A stretch of 63,613 bases of DNA, filler included, from Octopus bimaculoides (lineage: Eukaryota), in the NCBI RefSeq assembly GCF_001194135.2. It is 6 parts of 5 records of this genome, joined end to end, with 100 filler letters (N's around TTAATTAATTAA, not from the genome) between each part and the next. Parts side by side here need not be neighbours in the genome. Positions count along the whole stretch, not along the records: positions 1 to 14,432 come from NC_068987.1; 5 more parts are not named here. One strand, written 5' to 3'. A model generated the notes under the pieces. That model was not told the origin of the DNA. It worked only from the letters and a program-made list of their open reading frames with translations, and did not search any database. Positions 1-13,707 of this stretch are shown one piece after another. Position 1 is the first letter of the stretch. Each line of letters begins with the position of its first letter. The translations under genes were made by a program, and so were the position numbers.

Positions 1-60
<60 letters not shown>
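1..60. repeat. (TG)n microsatellite
   Basis: Perfect TG repeat. Confidence 0.98.
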
Positions 61-64
<4 letters not shown>

Positions 65-736
65 TGCTTGTATTTGTATGTGTTTGAGTGTATGTTTGCG
101 TGTCTTTATACAAAATGAGGCTGGGTAAAAAAGGAGAGGCAAGATTAAAAGATGACAGCGTAATGTTTTTACGTACAGATTATACACACATTGACACACA
201 CACATGCACACACATGCACACACATACACACACATACACACACATCTTGTGAGCGTGTGTGTGGCGGTATTTGTGTACATCGTGTTTGTTGTGTGCGTTC
301 TTGAATATGTGCATGCATTTGTGTATATCATTTAATTTGAGTAAATATTTCATGTGTATATACATGTTTGGAGATGTAACGCAATGTATGTTGTATACGG
401 ATATGTTTTAGTATACGTTCAATATATATATACATGCGTGTGTATGTATGTGTGTTTGACTGAGTGTATACATACGCATATAAATATACATATATATATT
501 ACACACACCTTTTACGTATGTATACAGAGATGTATGTGCACACGCGCATGCACGGATTCGCATATATGTGTAAGTACATAAACGGGTGCATGGTTGTTGA
601 GTCTACATGTGTATACATATATGATATAATAAAATCTAATTTCATTTTCCTTTCAAAGAATTATAAGTTTATAATGTTTGAGTGAGAGGATTTTGATCTA
701 GTAACCTATAGACATGATTTTGTACAATTCCATATT

Positions 737-782
<46 letters not shown>

Positions 783-987
783 AGGGGTGAGTGTGTGTGT
801 ATGTGTGTGTATTGTGTATGTAAACATGTACATACACACGTATATATATATATAGTCGCAAATATCGAACATAATGATCGCTCAACACTGCGTTGTTAGA
901 TAAGTGTTGCTTTTTTGGAGTCAACAGGACAACTATTAATTGCATGTGAAAAAATTTTCAGAATTCTTGAAGCATACAACGTGGAAT

Positions 988-988
988 G

Positions 989-1041
<53 letters not shown>

Positions 1042-1067
1042 GTCTATCTGTCTATCTATTTATTTAT

Positions 1068-1127
<60 letters not shown>

Positions 1128-1159
1128 TTATCCATCTATCTATTTATTTATATATATAT
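988..1159. repeat. (TATC)n microsatellite
   Basis: Long TATC array running into an N gap. Confidence 0.95.
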
Positions 1160-1800
1160 NNNNNNNNNNNNNNNNNNNNNNNNNNNNNNNNNNNNNNNNN
1201 NNNNNNNNNNNNNNNNNNNNNNNNNNNNNNNNNNNNNNNNNNNNNNNNNNNNNNNNNNNNNNNNNNNNNNNNNNNNNNNNNNNNNNNNNNNNNNNNNNNN
1301 NNNNNNNNNNNNNNNNNNNNNNNNNNNNNNNNNNNNNNNNNNNNNNNNNNNNNNNNNNNNNNNNNNNNNNNNNNNNNNNNNNNNNNNNNNNNNTATGTAT
1401 ATATATATATATATATATATATACGTATATGTCGATATGCATATATATGTGTATATATATATATATGAGTATATGTGTGTGTGTATACGTGAGTGTGTGC
1501 GTGTGTGTGTGTGTTTACTAAATTTTTCTCTGAATTCCAAAATTCTAAGCGATAGTAAAATTGAATTCAGTACTAAAATCAAATTAATGGAAATGTTTCA
1601 GGAGTGACCCAGATATGGTAAAAAAAAAATTGACAGTAATACTGTTTTCGTAAATTGGCTCCAACCGGGATGCATTTCACAAGGCTACGCTAGGAATCTT
1701 TGTCATTCCAAAATTTTGGTAGGTCCTCAACTTTAGTTCCCGATAAGATCAATGTACTTGAGTATTTATCTCCTACCATTATGGTACGCAAGTCTCTATA

Positions 1801-2086
1801 GTTGTTGTTGTTGGCACTCCGTCGCTTACGACGTCGAGGGTTCCAGTTGATCCGATCAACGGAACAGCCTGCTCATGAAATTGACGTGCAATTGACTGAG
1901 CACTCCACAGAAACGTGTACCCTTAACGTAGTTCTCGGGGATATTCAGCGTGACACAGTGTGACAAGGCTGGCCCTTTGAAATACAGGCACAACAGAAAC
2001 AGGAATTAAGAGTGAGAGAAAGTTGTGGTGAAAGAGTACAGCAGGGTTCACCACCACCCCCTGCCGAAGCCTCGTGGAACTTTAGT
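1801..2086 (-). mobile_element. SINE family A, 3' part (head lost in gap)
   Basis: Near-identical to the copies at 6822-7213 and 26779-27162; (AAC)n tail on minus strand. Confidence 0.85.
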
Positions 2087-2817
2087 NNNNNNNNNNNNNN
2101 NNNNNNNNNNNNNNNNNNNNNNNNNNNNNNNNNNNNNNNNNNNNNNNNNNNNNNNNNNNNNNNNNNNNNNNNNNNNNNNNNNNNNNNNNNNNNNNNNNNN
2201 NNNNNNNNNNNNNNNNNNNNNNNNNNNNNNNNNNNNNNNNNNNNNNNNNNNNNNNNNNNNNNNNNNNNNNNNNNNNNNNNNNNNNNNNNNNNNNNNNNNN
2301 NNNNNNNNNNNNNNNNNNNNNNNNNNNNNNNNNNNNNNNNNNNNNNNNNNNNNNNNNNNNNNNNNNNNNNNNNNNNNNNNNNNNNNNNNNNNNNNNNNNN
2401 NNNNNNNNNNNNNNNNNNNNNNNNNNNNNNNNNNNNNNNNNNNNNNNNNNNNNNNNNNNNNNNNNNNNNNNNNNNNNNNNNNNNNNNNNNNNNNNNNNNN
2501 NNNNNNNNNNNNNNNNNNNNNNNNNNNNNNNNNNNNNNNNNNNNNNNNNNNNNNNNNNNNNNNNNNNNNNNNNNNNNNNNNNNNNNNNNNNNNNNNNNNN
2601 NNNNNNNNNNNNNNNNNNNNNNNNNNNNNNNNNNNNNNNNNNNNNNNNNNNNNNNNNNNNNNNNNNNNNNNNNNNNNNNNNNNNNNNNNNNNNNNNNNNN
2701 NNNNNNNNNNNNNNNNNNNNNNNNNNNNNNNNNNNNNNNNNNNNNNNNNNNNNNNNNNNNNNNNNNNNNNNNNNNNNNNNNNNNNNNNNNNNNNNNNNNN
2801 NNNNNNNNNNNNNNNNN

Positions 2818-3120
2818 NCTTCTACTATAGCCTCGGGCCGACCAAAGCATTGTGAGTGGATTTGGTAGACGGAAACTGAAAGAAGCCCGTTGTATATATG
2901 TATATATATATGTATGTATGTATGTGTGTCTGTGTTTGTCCCCCCAACATCGCTTGACAACCGATGCTGGTGTGTTCATGTCCCCGTAACTTAGCGGTTC
3001 GGCAAAAAGTACTGGGCTTCCAAAGAATAAGTCCTGGGGTCGATTTGCTCGACTAAAGGTGGTGCTCCAGCATGGCCACAGTCAAAAGACTGAAACAAGT
3101 AAAAGAGTAAAAGAGTAAAC
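2818..3120 (+). mobile_element. SINE family B, body and tail
   Basis: Matches the complete copy at 31611-32015 (ctactatagcctcgggccgacc...gactgaaacaagtaaaagag). Confidence 0.85.
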
Positions 3121-3377
3121 GAGTATTGTCAAAATCACATACATACACATTCTTCAGGCGTGAGGTGAGATTTTTGTCTTAGATGGAATTAAATCTTTGC
3201 CTAAATATGTTTTCCGCTAAAATTTCAAAGTAAAAAGAAGCTTGAGTGTCTCTCAGAAGTATAACTTCTTCAGTTGGAATATAACTTACAAGCTAGATGA
3301 TAATTCCTCACTTTGCATATCCCTTAAATTTTAGTATACTTCGGCTAACATACTAGGATCAAATAAAAATTGCTTAT

Positions 3378-3379
3378 TT

Positions 3380-3430
<51 letters not shown>

Positions 3431-3484
3431 CGCCGCTGCTGCTGCTGCTCCTGGTACTACAACTGCTACTACAACTGCTACTAC

Positions 3485-3539
<55 letters not shown>

Positions 3540-3743
3540 GTTCACTAGTTTTATTTTTATAACGTGCTTTCACTTCACTACCGAGCGCAGCTCTGTGCGC
3601 CTTGGGTATGTGCTGTGGTGCTCTTATGTTTACTGTATTGAAAGTGTTTTGCGTAGAATGTGTGCAGTACCCAGTAGTGCAATTTTCTGTATGTTATATA
3701 TATTTGTAAGTCCTGGTATTTTTGTAATGTATTTGTCTGAATA

Positions 3744-3801
<58 letters not shown>

Positions 3802-3825
3802 GATGATGATGATGATGATGATGAT
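3378..3825. repeat. (TAC)n/(TAT)n/(GAT)n trinucleotide microsatellites
   Basis: Visible arrays at about 3378-3540 and 3747-3825; they produce the poly-L/N/Y/H ORFs. Confidence 0.95.
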
Positions 3826-4744
3826 AGTGTTGTTCTGCAATGAAACATAACAAATGTTTCTACTAACTATTGCATATTTAGTTATTATAGTTATACCTAT
3901 GTTTACATCAACCTTTATGGAATATCTGTCTAAACAAGAGTCAAACATTTATATCATTAATTGTTTTAAGTTGGCTGTCTTTTTAGTTTGACAGGAGGAA
4001 AATTCTCCGAAATGCATCACATTATTCTTTGGCAGAACTACTTCGATTTAAAGTAAATAATCGAATTAAACCGATAAAACTTACGTTTGTTTTCAATGGG
4101 GATATATGTTTCTTAGTTTAGCTTAATGATAGACTCTAAGTCTTCCATTCGAAGAATTCCTTCGTCTGACATTGTTTACCTGTGTATATTCATTAGCGTA
4201 TTTCAGTTTCTATGTATTCATCAGCATCACAAGAAAATCTATGCACGTTTCTCTGCATGCGTAATGTACATCCTAATGTCTATATAGCTGGAGTTTATTA
4301 GGAATCCTGAGAAATGTATTTGTGTGAATGTATGTATGAGCATGTGTGTGAGTGTGTAGTAATTTGTTTATACATATTAGCTTACTTATATCACAACTCT
4401 TCTATGTTTATTCTTGTTCACATGTTGACAGCTGAGTATTGTTCGTTAAGCGTATGTAACTATGTGTGCGGGATTCTGGGTTGCGTATGCGAAGCAACGA
4501 AGTTTATCAGTTGTCATTAAATAAATAAGAAACTAGAGAGAGAGAATGAATGGCAGCAAGAAAAAAAAAAGATACAGTTAAAATTGTATATAAAAAGAAA
4601 AGAGAAAGGAAAATACTTGTTGAAATACGAATAATATAGTAATATACATTAAACCACACCTGAAAAGATGGCGTAGGTTGATTGAAGGATTTAAGGCGTT
4701 TATCTCGCCATCTTGGAACCAATGAAAAATGGATCATCATCAAG

Positions 4745-5416
4745 TAAAGAAGAGGAACAAAGAGTGAATTGAGGAGGAGGCGAAGTGAAAGACAACAGCT
4801 TGAGATGGCAGAGAGAGAGACAGAGAGAGAGACAGAGAAAATAGAAAGAGAAAAGAGAGAGAGAGAAACAGAGAGAGAGAGAAAAACAGAGAGAGAGAGA
4901 GAGAGAGACAGAAAAGTGAGAGAGACAGAAAAGTGAGAGAGAGGGGGAGACAGGTGGAGAGGGCGAAAGAAAGAGGAAATGAGACAGAAAGAGAGAGAGA
5001 GACAGAGAGAGAGAGAGGAAAGGAATAATAGCAAACAAAGATTAGCAGGGATACAAAAGAAAGATTAAGGCATTAAAATGAGAGAAAAGAAAAGGCAGAG
5101 ACAGCGAGACGGAGAGAGACTGTGAAGAGAAACGTGAAGAGAAAGAAAGTGAGAAAGAAAAAAAATGTGCGTGAAAGAGAGTAGCAACGAGATGGTAACG
5201 ATTGAGAGATAAATAAAAGAGATACAAGCGGTAAAGAAAAGTAAGGGTTTAGCAACGAATATTGAAAGTGAGTGTAAATGTGTCAACGTGTGTACGTATG
5301 TATGTATTTATGTATGTATGTATGCATGTATGTATGTATGTATGTATGTATGTATGTATGCATTTATGTATGTATGTATGCATGCATGTATGTATGTATG
5401 TATGTATGTATGTATG

Positions 5417-5460
<44 letters not shown>
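4745..5460. repeat. AG-rich low-complexity tract followed by (TATG)n(TATC)n
   Basis: Direct inspection. Confidence 0.9.
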
Positions 5461-5461
<1 letters not shown>

Positions 5462-5694
5462 ATCTTTCTCGTTGTTCCTCTATTTCAAGCACACTTCTTT
5501 TTATATACATACAAACAAATTTATATATAAATTTTTAGTATGTATGTATATACATCCTTTCATTCTTTTATACGTTTCAGCCCTAAGGCTGTGGCCATAC
5601 TGGGGCATCCCCAGTGAATAATGAGCAGACTCCAGGAGAAGGACATGGACCCGTGACCTTCAGATTAACTCTAAGGTCAACCTCGAAAAATCTT

Positions 5695-5900
5695 TTCCTT
5701 GTTTCAGTCTTTGACTATAGCCATGCTAGAGCACCTCCTTGACGTCTTTTTGTAGTCGAAAGAATCGGCTCCAGGACTTATTTCTTAAGTTTAGTACTTA
5801 TTCTGTCTGTCTGTTTTGCTCAACCGCTTATTACGGGTACGTAAACAGATCAAAACTGGTCGTGAAGCGCAGATGGTAGGAGAGACACAAATACCCTCCC

Positions 5901-5948
<48 letters not shown>

Positions 5949-6090
5949 GGCGGTCTTCTTTCAGTTTCCGTCTACCAAATCCACTCACAAGGCTTTGGTC
6001 GGCCTGAAGCTACAGTAGAAACACTAGCCCACGTGGTTTGAAACCATCTGGCCTGGAAGCAAGATTCTTACCACACAATCACACCTGCAA
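5695..6090 (-). mobile_element. SINE family B, diverged, with internal (TA)n
   Basis: Reverse complement matches the family B tail (5695-5860) and head (5945-6090). Confidence 0.75.
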
Positions 6091-6349
6091 AATATATAGA
6101 TATATATTATATATTATATATATTATATAAATGCAGAGAGGGGAGGAGTGTAGGAGGGAGGTAAATTGCTTTCTAGATTTTTTTTTTTTTTTGGTGTGTC
6201 GTTAGAAAGAAATTATGGGAAATGTGAGACACAAATTATACGTAACACACAGGTCAAGATTCAAGCAATGTAACCACACGTTTCAGCTGTTGAATAAAGG
6301 TCAAGGAGATCTCGGTGCATTAATAAACATCTAGTTACATTGATATTTA

Positions 6350-8012
6350 TGGTCTGACTATTACTCCGATATTGGATGAAGGATACTAGAGTCGATTAGA
6401 TTTGGATGAAAGAATCTCTTATGCTAGAGCTTGTGAAAAGGAAAGAATAACCAGGAAATATAATACCGAAATAAAGGAAATACGGCTCTCAGCTCTCTCC
6501 TACAATAATCCAATAACGCATAGTGATTTTCCTGTGGCAATTCGCATACCATCACTTGAAATGCTCGATTCAAAGTTAGATGATAATCGGGTTATGGATT
6601 ATAAAACCCACAAACTGCTAAACTATACACCAATAGTGTTGTAGATCACCTCTAAGACCGGGAAAAGGGAGGAAGCAGACACATAACCTTGATCTAAACA
6701 GCCTATGTATGTCATATCATATCGTTTCGACATTTACTGTGTCAAGCCCATGGTTCAAGTCAACATATGAGAATTCGGTAACACGATGAGCTTTCAAAAG
6801 GAATTTCTAACTCTGACTGATTGTTGTTGTGTTGTTGGCACTCCCTCGCTTACGACGTCGAGGGTTCCAGTTGATCCGATGAACGGAACAGCCTGCTCGT
6901 GAAATTAACGTGCAAGTGGCTGAGCACTCCACAGACCCGTGTACCCTTAACGTAGTTCTCGGGGATATTCAGCGTGACACCGTGTGACAAGGCTGGCCCT
7001 TCGAATTACAGGCACAACAGAAACAGGAAGTAAGAGTGAGAGAAAGTTGGGGTGAAAGAGTACAGCAGGGTTCGCCACCATCCACTGCCGGAGCCTCGTG
7101 GAGCTCTAGGTGTTTTCGCTCAATAAACACTCACAACGCCCGGTCTGGGAATCGAAACAGCGATCCTATGGCCGCAAATCCGCTGCCCTAACCACCGGGC
7201 CATTGCGCCTCCTACTCTGACTGATAACCAAGGATATACATCTAAAAACATGTCATTTGAAGTGTACCTGCATACATACCAGTAGATTCATACATTAGTA
7301 TATTTTTAGAATTTATCAAAGTAGCAGCATCAATTGCAATCAGAGTAGTCCATACTAGCCTGAAAAAAATATGGAAAAAGAATCAGTATTATCACTCAGT
7401 TTGAAGGAGCTAAAAATAACCATCAAATACCTTTGCAAAAATAGAACATCGCAACTGAAGCATCCGCGTATGATAATAGATGCAAATTTTGTGGAATTAC
7501 CACCAAGGATGATAGCCACATCCAAAGTAGGTTTCCGAAAAGCCATCAAAATATCATGTGGTTAAAATATTATATAAAGAAAATTCATAGAAATGGTAAC
7601 ACTGAGGTGACAAATATAAGAATTTAGAGTAGTGGAGGGCATAATCGCGCATAATGTGAAAGAATAGAGGTGAGATATACCTGTCAATAAAGTGCTTGCA
7701 TAACAGACCAGAAATATCGATCTGGGACAGAGAAATGAGACTATGCACAATGGTTGAAATCAGTTGCTCAACCAATATCAAAATAATTTTAAGATTATTG
7801 AAAAAGAAAACAGTTATATCCATCTGATGAGAAATGTGCCGTTATTCAATCCAAACCATAGCCTTAGACGTCTTTCAGTAACTATTGAAAGAATCGACTA
7901 CATGACTAATTGCCTCAGTCGCAATTTTGCGGAGCTGAATTTCACAGAACCAGAAGAAGCGGGACTAATCAGAAGATTACTAATAAAGGATGAAAGAAGA
8001 TTTTCGAAATAA
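6350..8012 (+). mobile_element. Decayed R4/Dong-like non-LTR retrotransposon C-terminus (zinc knuckle plus RLE endonuclease), interrupted by a SINE
   Basis: Frameshifted pieces read DNRCKFCGITTKDDSHI (CCHC-knuckle-like, about 7470-7530) and HNRPEISIWDREMRLCTMVEISC (PD..(D/E) RLE-like motif, about 7700-7770). Multiple stops; boundaries approximate. Confidence 0.65.
6822..7213 (-). mobile_element. Full-length tRNA-derived SINE family A with 12-bp TSD
   Basis: Minus-strand head GGAGGCGCAATGGCCCGGTGGTTAGGGCAGCGG...GTTTCGATTCCC (A- and B-box-like). TSD ACTCTGACTGAT at 6810-6821 and 7214-7225. Confidence 0.92.
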
Positions 8013-8159
8013 ATAACTAATTGAAGTATAGAATATTATAAGATTCCTCTATGGTGTCATATTTATTCCTGCACCTAAGCACGTGTGCTCATACATATGC
8101 ATAAGAATAGAAGTGTATTTGCATATGTACATTCGTACATACATACATACATACATATC

Positions 8160-8825
8160 CAATCTATCATTGGAACTGTAAAATTCTGTAAAACTTTCTT
8201 GAAGTTTATCATTCAAATATATATGAGCATGTCTAGATATACAAGTCTATGCATGAGACAACATACATAAAACATACAAATCTGCACATACATGCATACA
8301 TGCATTCATACATAATACATACATGCATACATACACACATACATACATACAAACATACATACATACATACAAACATACATACATATACGCATACATACAA
8401 ACAAACAAGCATATGATGTTGAAATTCCAATGAAGGAACTAGGTTCGAAACCGGTTCTTACTCTATTGGCAAGAAAACTTGAAATAAACTGAATAATGAC
8501 ATACATAGATAGAAGACTACAGATCCAATTCATCACTGAAACTGTAAAATTTGTAAAGCTTTCCATAACTTTATCATTTAAGTATATATAATCCTGTCTA
8601 GATATGCAAGTATATGCACGAGAAGACGTACATAAAACAAAACATATGAATGTGCACAAATATACATACATACATACATACATACATACGAAAATACTTT
8701 GTTGTTGATGTTGAAATTCCAATGAAGGAGCCTAGGATCTAGGTTAGAAACCGGCTCTTTCTTTATTGGCAAATGATCTTTAAATAAAACTGAATAATAG
8801 TATATATACATACAATTCAACCCTA
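8160..8825. repeat. Two diverged tandem copies of a ~300-360 bp module containing (TACA)n
   Basis: actgtaaaatt...gtctagatat at about 8170 and 8540; gttgaaattccaatgaagga at 8419 and 8711. Confidence 0.8.
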
Positions 8826-8912
8826 CTTTCAATTCCCAATGAAATAGTCTTGTGCTAGATTACACATCGGTTCTTTATCCATTGATAATAAATTTAAAAA
8901 AATAAAGCCAAG

Positions 8913-8950
<38 letters not shown>

Positions 8951-9129
8951 TACCCACACCCACCCACACACACGTACGCACACCCACGCACGCGCACACA
9001 CGAACGCACACACGATCACAACTGCTAAACAGTATTAGCAAAAATTAATATATTAACCTAGTGCGAAAAAGCGAGGAACAGTAAGTTTTTAAGTGTTGGC
9101 AGTGAGCTCCTCATGAAGTGCTCTCCTTC

Positions 9130-9620
9130 TGATGACCTCTGATACCACTCTAATCCGCTGGACTAACATATCTGAAAGAAGACCTTGAAGTAGAACGCTC
9201 AGCTGATCCAAAAACGGATATGCATGAGTTTCTTTCCTGAAGATTTGAATATGTCACTAATATAAATATGAAGTGCAACACTTATTTTTTTTTACTTTTG
9301 ACCAATACATCAGATCACACTTTCAATCGGATGAGTTTGTTAAGAAATCCCTAGTAAGCAAGAAAGGATGAAACCCTTGGAGCCCCAAGATGCAACCAGA
9401 AATATCGATCATGTGCCATTTCTGTAGAAGGTATATGACATGTATTTAGCACCTACCCAAAAGTGTTATCAAGGCACTAGCTACTTATGCGACACGACGC
9501 AGTCGCTAAAACAATGTAGAATACCTTCCGCAAAAACGATTGCATGACATAAATATGGAGAAAGCTCTGTCATTGAAAACATACAAACATATCTACAAAA
9601 TGAATATTGCTGAATTATTC
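9130..9620 (+). mobile_element. Second decayed R4/Dong-like LINE fragment (zinc-knuckle region)
   Basis: One frame reads CNQKYRSCAISVEGI*HVFSTYPKVLSRH*LLMRHDAVAKTM, matching the knuckle plus RHD motif of RLE-type LINEs. Confidence 0.6.
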
Positions 9621-11158
9621 CCAACAAAATTTCTCCTGCCTTTCTCCATGCACTCGGCTCATTTTGATGGTTCCAGCTCATTTAGATGGTGAAAGCTTTA
9701 GGTTTTGTGGTGCAGATTGGAAGTAGCTTGCTACACATGCATGCTGCAAAAAGGATTCTAAGTATGTTGGGTAGGAAAGATATAGAAAATAGTACTAAAC
9801 TAAACTACATGTCAGAGTTGTTTGGTAGGCAAATTAAAAGCAGAACCGAGAGTAATAGGCTTGTGTGTAAATATGTACGTGTGAAAGCATCGTCGTGAGG
9901 ATATGCGTGGTAATTTGTCGGATCTTCAGAGTCGTTCAAAAACTGATGGCTAGCATAATTAAAAGAGAAAGTGTTCTCTACGTTTTATTAAATCACTTGA
10001 GATCGTCTTCTCCCAATTAAACCTACTCAAAAAACAAACAAACAAAAAACACCATGAATTAATTTCTGCATGTATACACAAAACTTTCGAAATATTCAGA
10101 TACTTGAAACCAATGCTATTCCCTAATAGGTATCCCGAAAGCACTTTACTAAAACGTACAGAAAGATGCATTAATTTGACTAATGCTATCTAATTCCCTT
10201 TTTTTAATTTCACGTACATTTACAGTATTTTAGAAAACTCCAGCCCTTTTTTTGAATTCCCATTTAACATAGATTTGTCATGTCACAGTTAGTAACTAGG
10301 CATTTCCAAGAGTCATTCCATGATGGAAAGAGAAACGTAGAAAAACCATGATTGAAGTATGAGGACGAACACAAATTTACACTTAAAAACAACTAAAATG
10401 CTGGTTAACTTACTATTGAGCCATAAAATCTACAAAAAAGCCGCCAGGATCTTTTTCAAAGGCTAAAAACAAATTCTCGATATCACTTGCAAGCCGCTTT
10501 GTGTAAAAATCCTCTCTTATGTCCACTCCATGAACTTGTCTGTAAATTATTGGCTGAATCGAAGTCTCTCAAGAATTATAGACATCTGATCTAAAAATAT
10601 GATTTTCGACACATATGACACAACACATATGAACTTAACATTAGTTAAAATGTATTTGTGATATATTTTAACTAAAGGCAAATTCACTAAGCTACCGTGG
10701 ACAGAACAGTTTTTCTTATTGTAACAGATGTAAAAACAGTTTCTGTTAACCAAAATTCACTCTCAAGGTTTTGGTAGGAACGAGGCTTTAGTAAAAGAGG
10801 CTTGCTCAAGGTGTTATCCAGAGGGAGTGATGCCTGAGCAAATGATTGGGAAACAAACTTCTTACCACACAGCCACGCCTGCACGTACGCACGCACTCAC
10901 ATACACATATATATGTATGTATTTATGAGAAAGAGAGAGAGGCAATTATGCTGATAAACAAATTAGATTTATTGAATGTACTAAATATATTAAATATAAT
11001 ATTTTGGGTATGAAATACAAAATATGTATATATGTATAAATGCAAAACGAATTCAAACGTAGACTCCGAGGTCTTTACAGTCTAAGTTTGAATCCTTTGC
11101 GCACTTAGTATCTTCTATATTGAAATTCTCTGGCTCTAATATGTGGATAATATGTGTG

Positions 11159-11208
<50 letters not shown>

Positions 11209-12699
11209 CATGGATATATGTATATATATACATACATATATATNNNNNNNNNNNNNNNNNNNNNNNNNNNNNNNNNNNNNNNNNNNNNNNNNNNNNNNNN
11301 NNNNNNNNNNNNNNNNNNNNNNNNNNNNNNNNNNNNNNNNNNNNNNNNNNNNNNNNNNNNNNNNNNNNNNNNNNNNNNNNNNNNNNNNNNNNNNNNNNNN
11401 NNNNNNNNNNNNNNNNNNNNNNNNNNNNNNNNNNNNNNNNNNNNNNNNNNNNNNNNNNNNNNNNNNNNNNNNNNNNNNNNNNNNNNATATATATATAGAT
11501 AGATAGATATATATACATATATATATATATACATATATTAAACATACATACATTTATATATATATATATGTATGTAAATACATATATACATTTCCCCGTA
11601 CATGTTATTTATTGACAGAATTTTATAAGGAGAAGAGTTAATGGGAAATCAGTACAATTAGTTGGATATGTAATTAAAAAGCAAATGCGATTCGATAAAG
11701 ACAAAGAGTAAAAAAGACAATACGGAAGAGAAAGTGTGAAGGAAAAAGTAAGTTTAGATTTCTGACGCAGTAGAATCAATAGTATATTTCTTTATCATAT
11801 TTCTTTGTTTCACGTCGATAAATTTCACCTGTTTCTTTACGAGTATATTTTACTGTCTAACAATTCTTAATTTATGTGTAGGTTAACCCCAGGTCATCCA
11901 CGGCGTTAAGCAACAACATAAATATTTATTTTCGTCTCAGACATTATCAAATGCTTTATGTACATATGCATACATATGTCATATTTTTTTACGTGTCTGG
12001 GTCATTATGTATATTTAATATATTTATATTCACTGTGAAATTCTGGAGCGTCCCCCACTCTCACAACACCCCCTATACACACACACATACACAAACACTC
12101 ACAGATACACATGAACGAGAGTTCGTACACATACGCTTAAAATCACAAAGTTGCCTGTACGCACAATTATTTTAGGATGAAAAATGTATAAATCTTTACA
12201 TCAGTATCATATTCTTCACATGTGTATTTATCAATATATATATATAGTTATGCACGCATGTGTGCACGTGTGTATGCATGCACTATTCTAGCGTGTGCAT
12301 GCGTGTGTATCTGCGTGCGCGCGCGAGTGCGTATGTGTATGTGTATGTATATGCATGTCCGTCTGTGTGTGCGCGTGCCCGTCTGTGTGTGCAAGCATTA
12401 CAGTATGCAAATCAACAAAGAATGATAAAACGTAATTTTCATGAAGATTGAAAATAACTTTTTACATACATGTACAAGCTTCAACAGGTTTCTTGTAATA
12501 AGACTAACTGAATACACCAAGACATGCTATTTACTACAATCTTTAGGCTTGACTCTCAGAAGTCATGGGCAGTACTGACACATGCATGCATATACATACA
12601 TACATACACATTTACATGCTTACATATTAGTAGTACAAGGGCACTGAGCACGAAAGACACAATCCACAGATGGAATAAATAATGCTATGACATGAAATA

Positions 12700-13000
12700 T
12701 CGACTATATTACTTCATCCCACTTTGAAGGCTATCTACATGCTGTTCAAAAGAAACAGATCCCCATCAAGCGTCACAAGCGTAATTGACAACACTTTCGA
12801 CGGACAAGTGTACGCTATACAAATCTAAAACTGGAGACATCAGTCATGTAATTGCCAACTGCGAGAGAATATCATGTAAATGCGTTCTCATGAGTCATAT
12901 TGAGGTGGCAAGATCAATTTGGAGAAGGGTAATAAGATATAAAAGACCAACTGACAAAGCTGACTATATTGAAACTAAAAGAATTATATTGGAATTTAAC
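12700..13000 (+). mobile_element. Third decayed R4/Dong-like LINE fragment
   Basis: YITSSHFEGYLHAVQKKQIPIK, then after a frameshift DKCTLYKSKTGDISHVIANCERIS...HIEVARSIW. Confidence 0.65.
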
Positions 13001-13199
13001 ACATAATAGGTGAGATATAAGTTGCGTGGGGCCACAGGAAAAATACTCCGTTGTTGAAATCAGCTGCTATTTGGACACCAATGTGGTCAGAGAAAAAAAA
13101 GCAGATGAAAGAGAGCATCCATGGATTATTGATAGGTAGTTTACTTATCCAAAACCCTTGATACACTTTCATATTCGTTCGTATTATTATTGGTGCAAC

Positions 13200-13330
13200 G
13201 CCGAGGTCGACTTTACTTTTCATCCTTTCGGAGTCAATAAATTAAGTATCAGTGAAACACTGAGGTCGATGTATTCGACTTGCCCCCCGCCTCAAAGAAA
13301 TTTCAGGCTTTGTGCTTATAATAGAAGGGA
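13200..13330 (+). mobile_element. SINE family D, partial
   Basis: gccgaggtcgactttacttttcatcctttcgg...; homologous to 37548, 38063, 59360 and 61600. Confidence 0.7.
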
Positions 13331-13664
13331 TTATTATTGGTGCAACAAAATGGGCACCAATCTGCCTGGAGCAATGTATCGATGAACTTGCGTTTTGAGA
13401 GAGGGAATGTAGCTTCCCAATACAAATGCAACAAATGATCACAATATCTGGAACAATAAAATCTGCAAAACCTTCAAAGGTTTTTTAAAGAATATGGGGA
13501 AACATATGCTTTCCTTCAGAACTAAAATAGCAAGTAGATGGACGGTCGAAACTAACACGAAATTGAAACAATAATCTACTGAAACACATACAGATGCATG
13601 GCTTACAAATAGGTATACGTGTTTAGACATACATACACACACACACACACACATACATACATGC

Positions 13665-13707
<43 letters not shown>

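Noticed and set aside
4085-4180. Minus-strand ATG...GTAAGT first-exon-like segment (MSDEGILRMEDLESIIKLN*)
   Set aside because: An in-frame stop precedes the donor, and no partner exon was found.
7130-7213. tRNA-like sequences (also ~27080-27160, 35167-35235, 36246-36315, 62140-62219)
   Set aside because: They are SINE heads attached to SINE bodies, without a complete cloverleaf; not tRNA genes.
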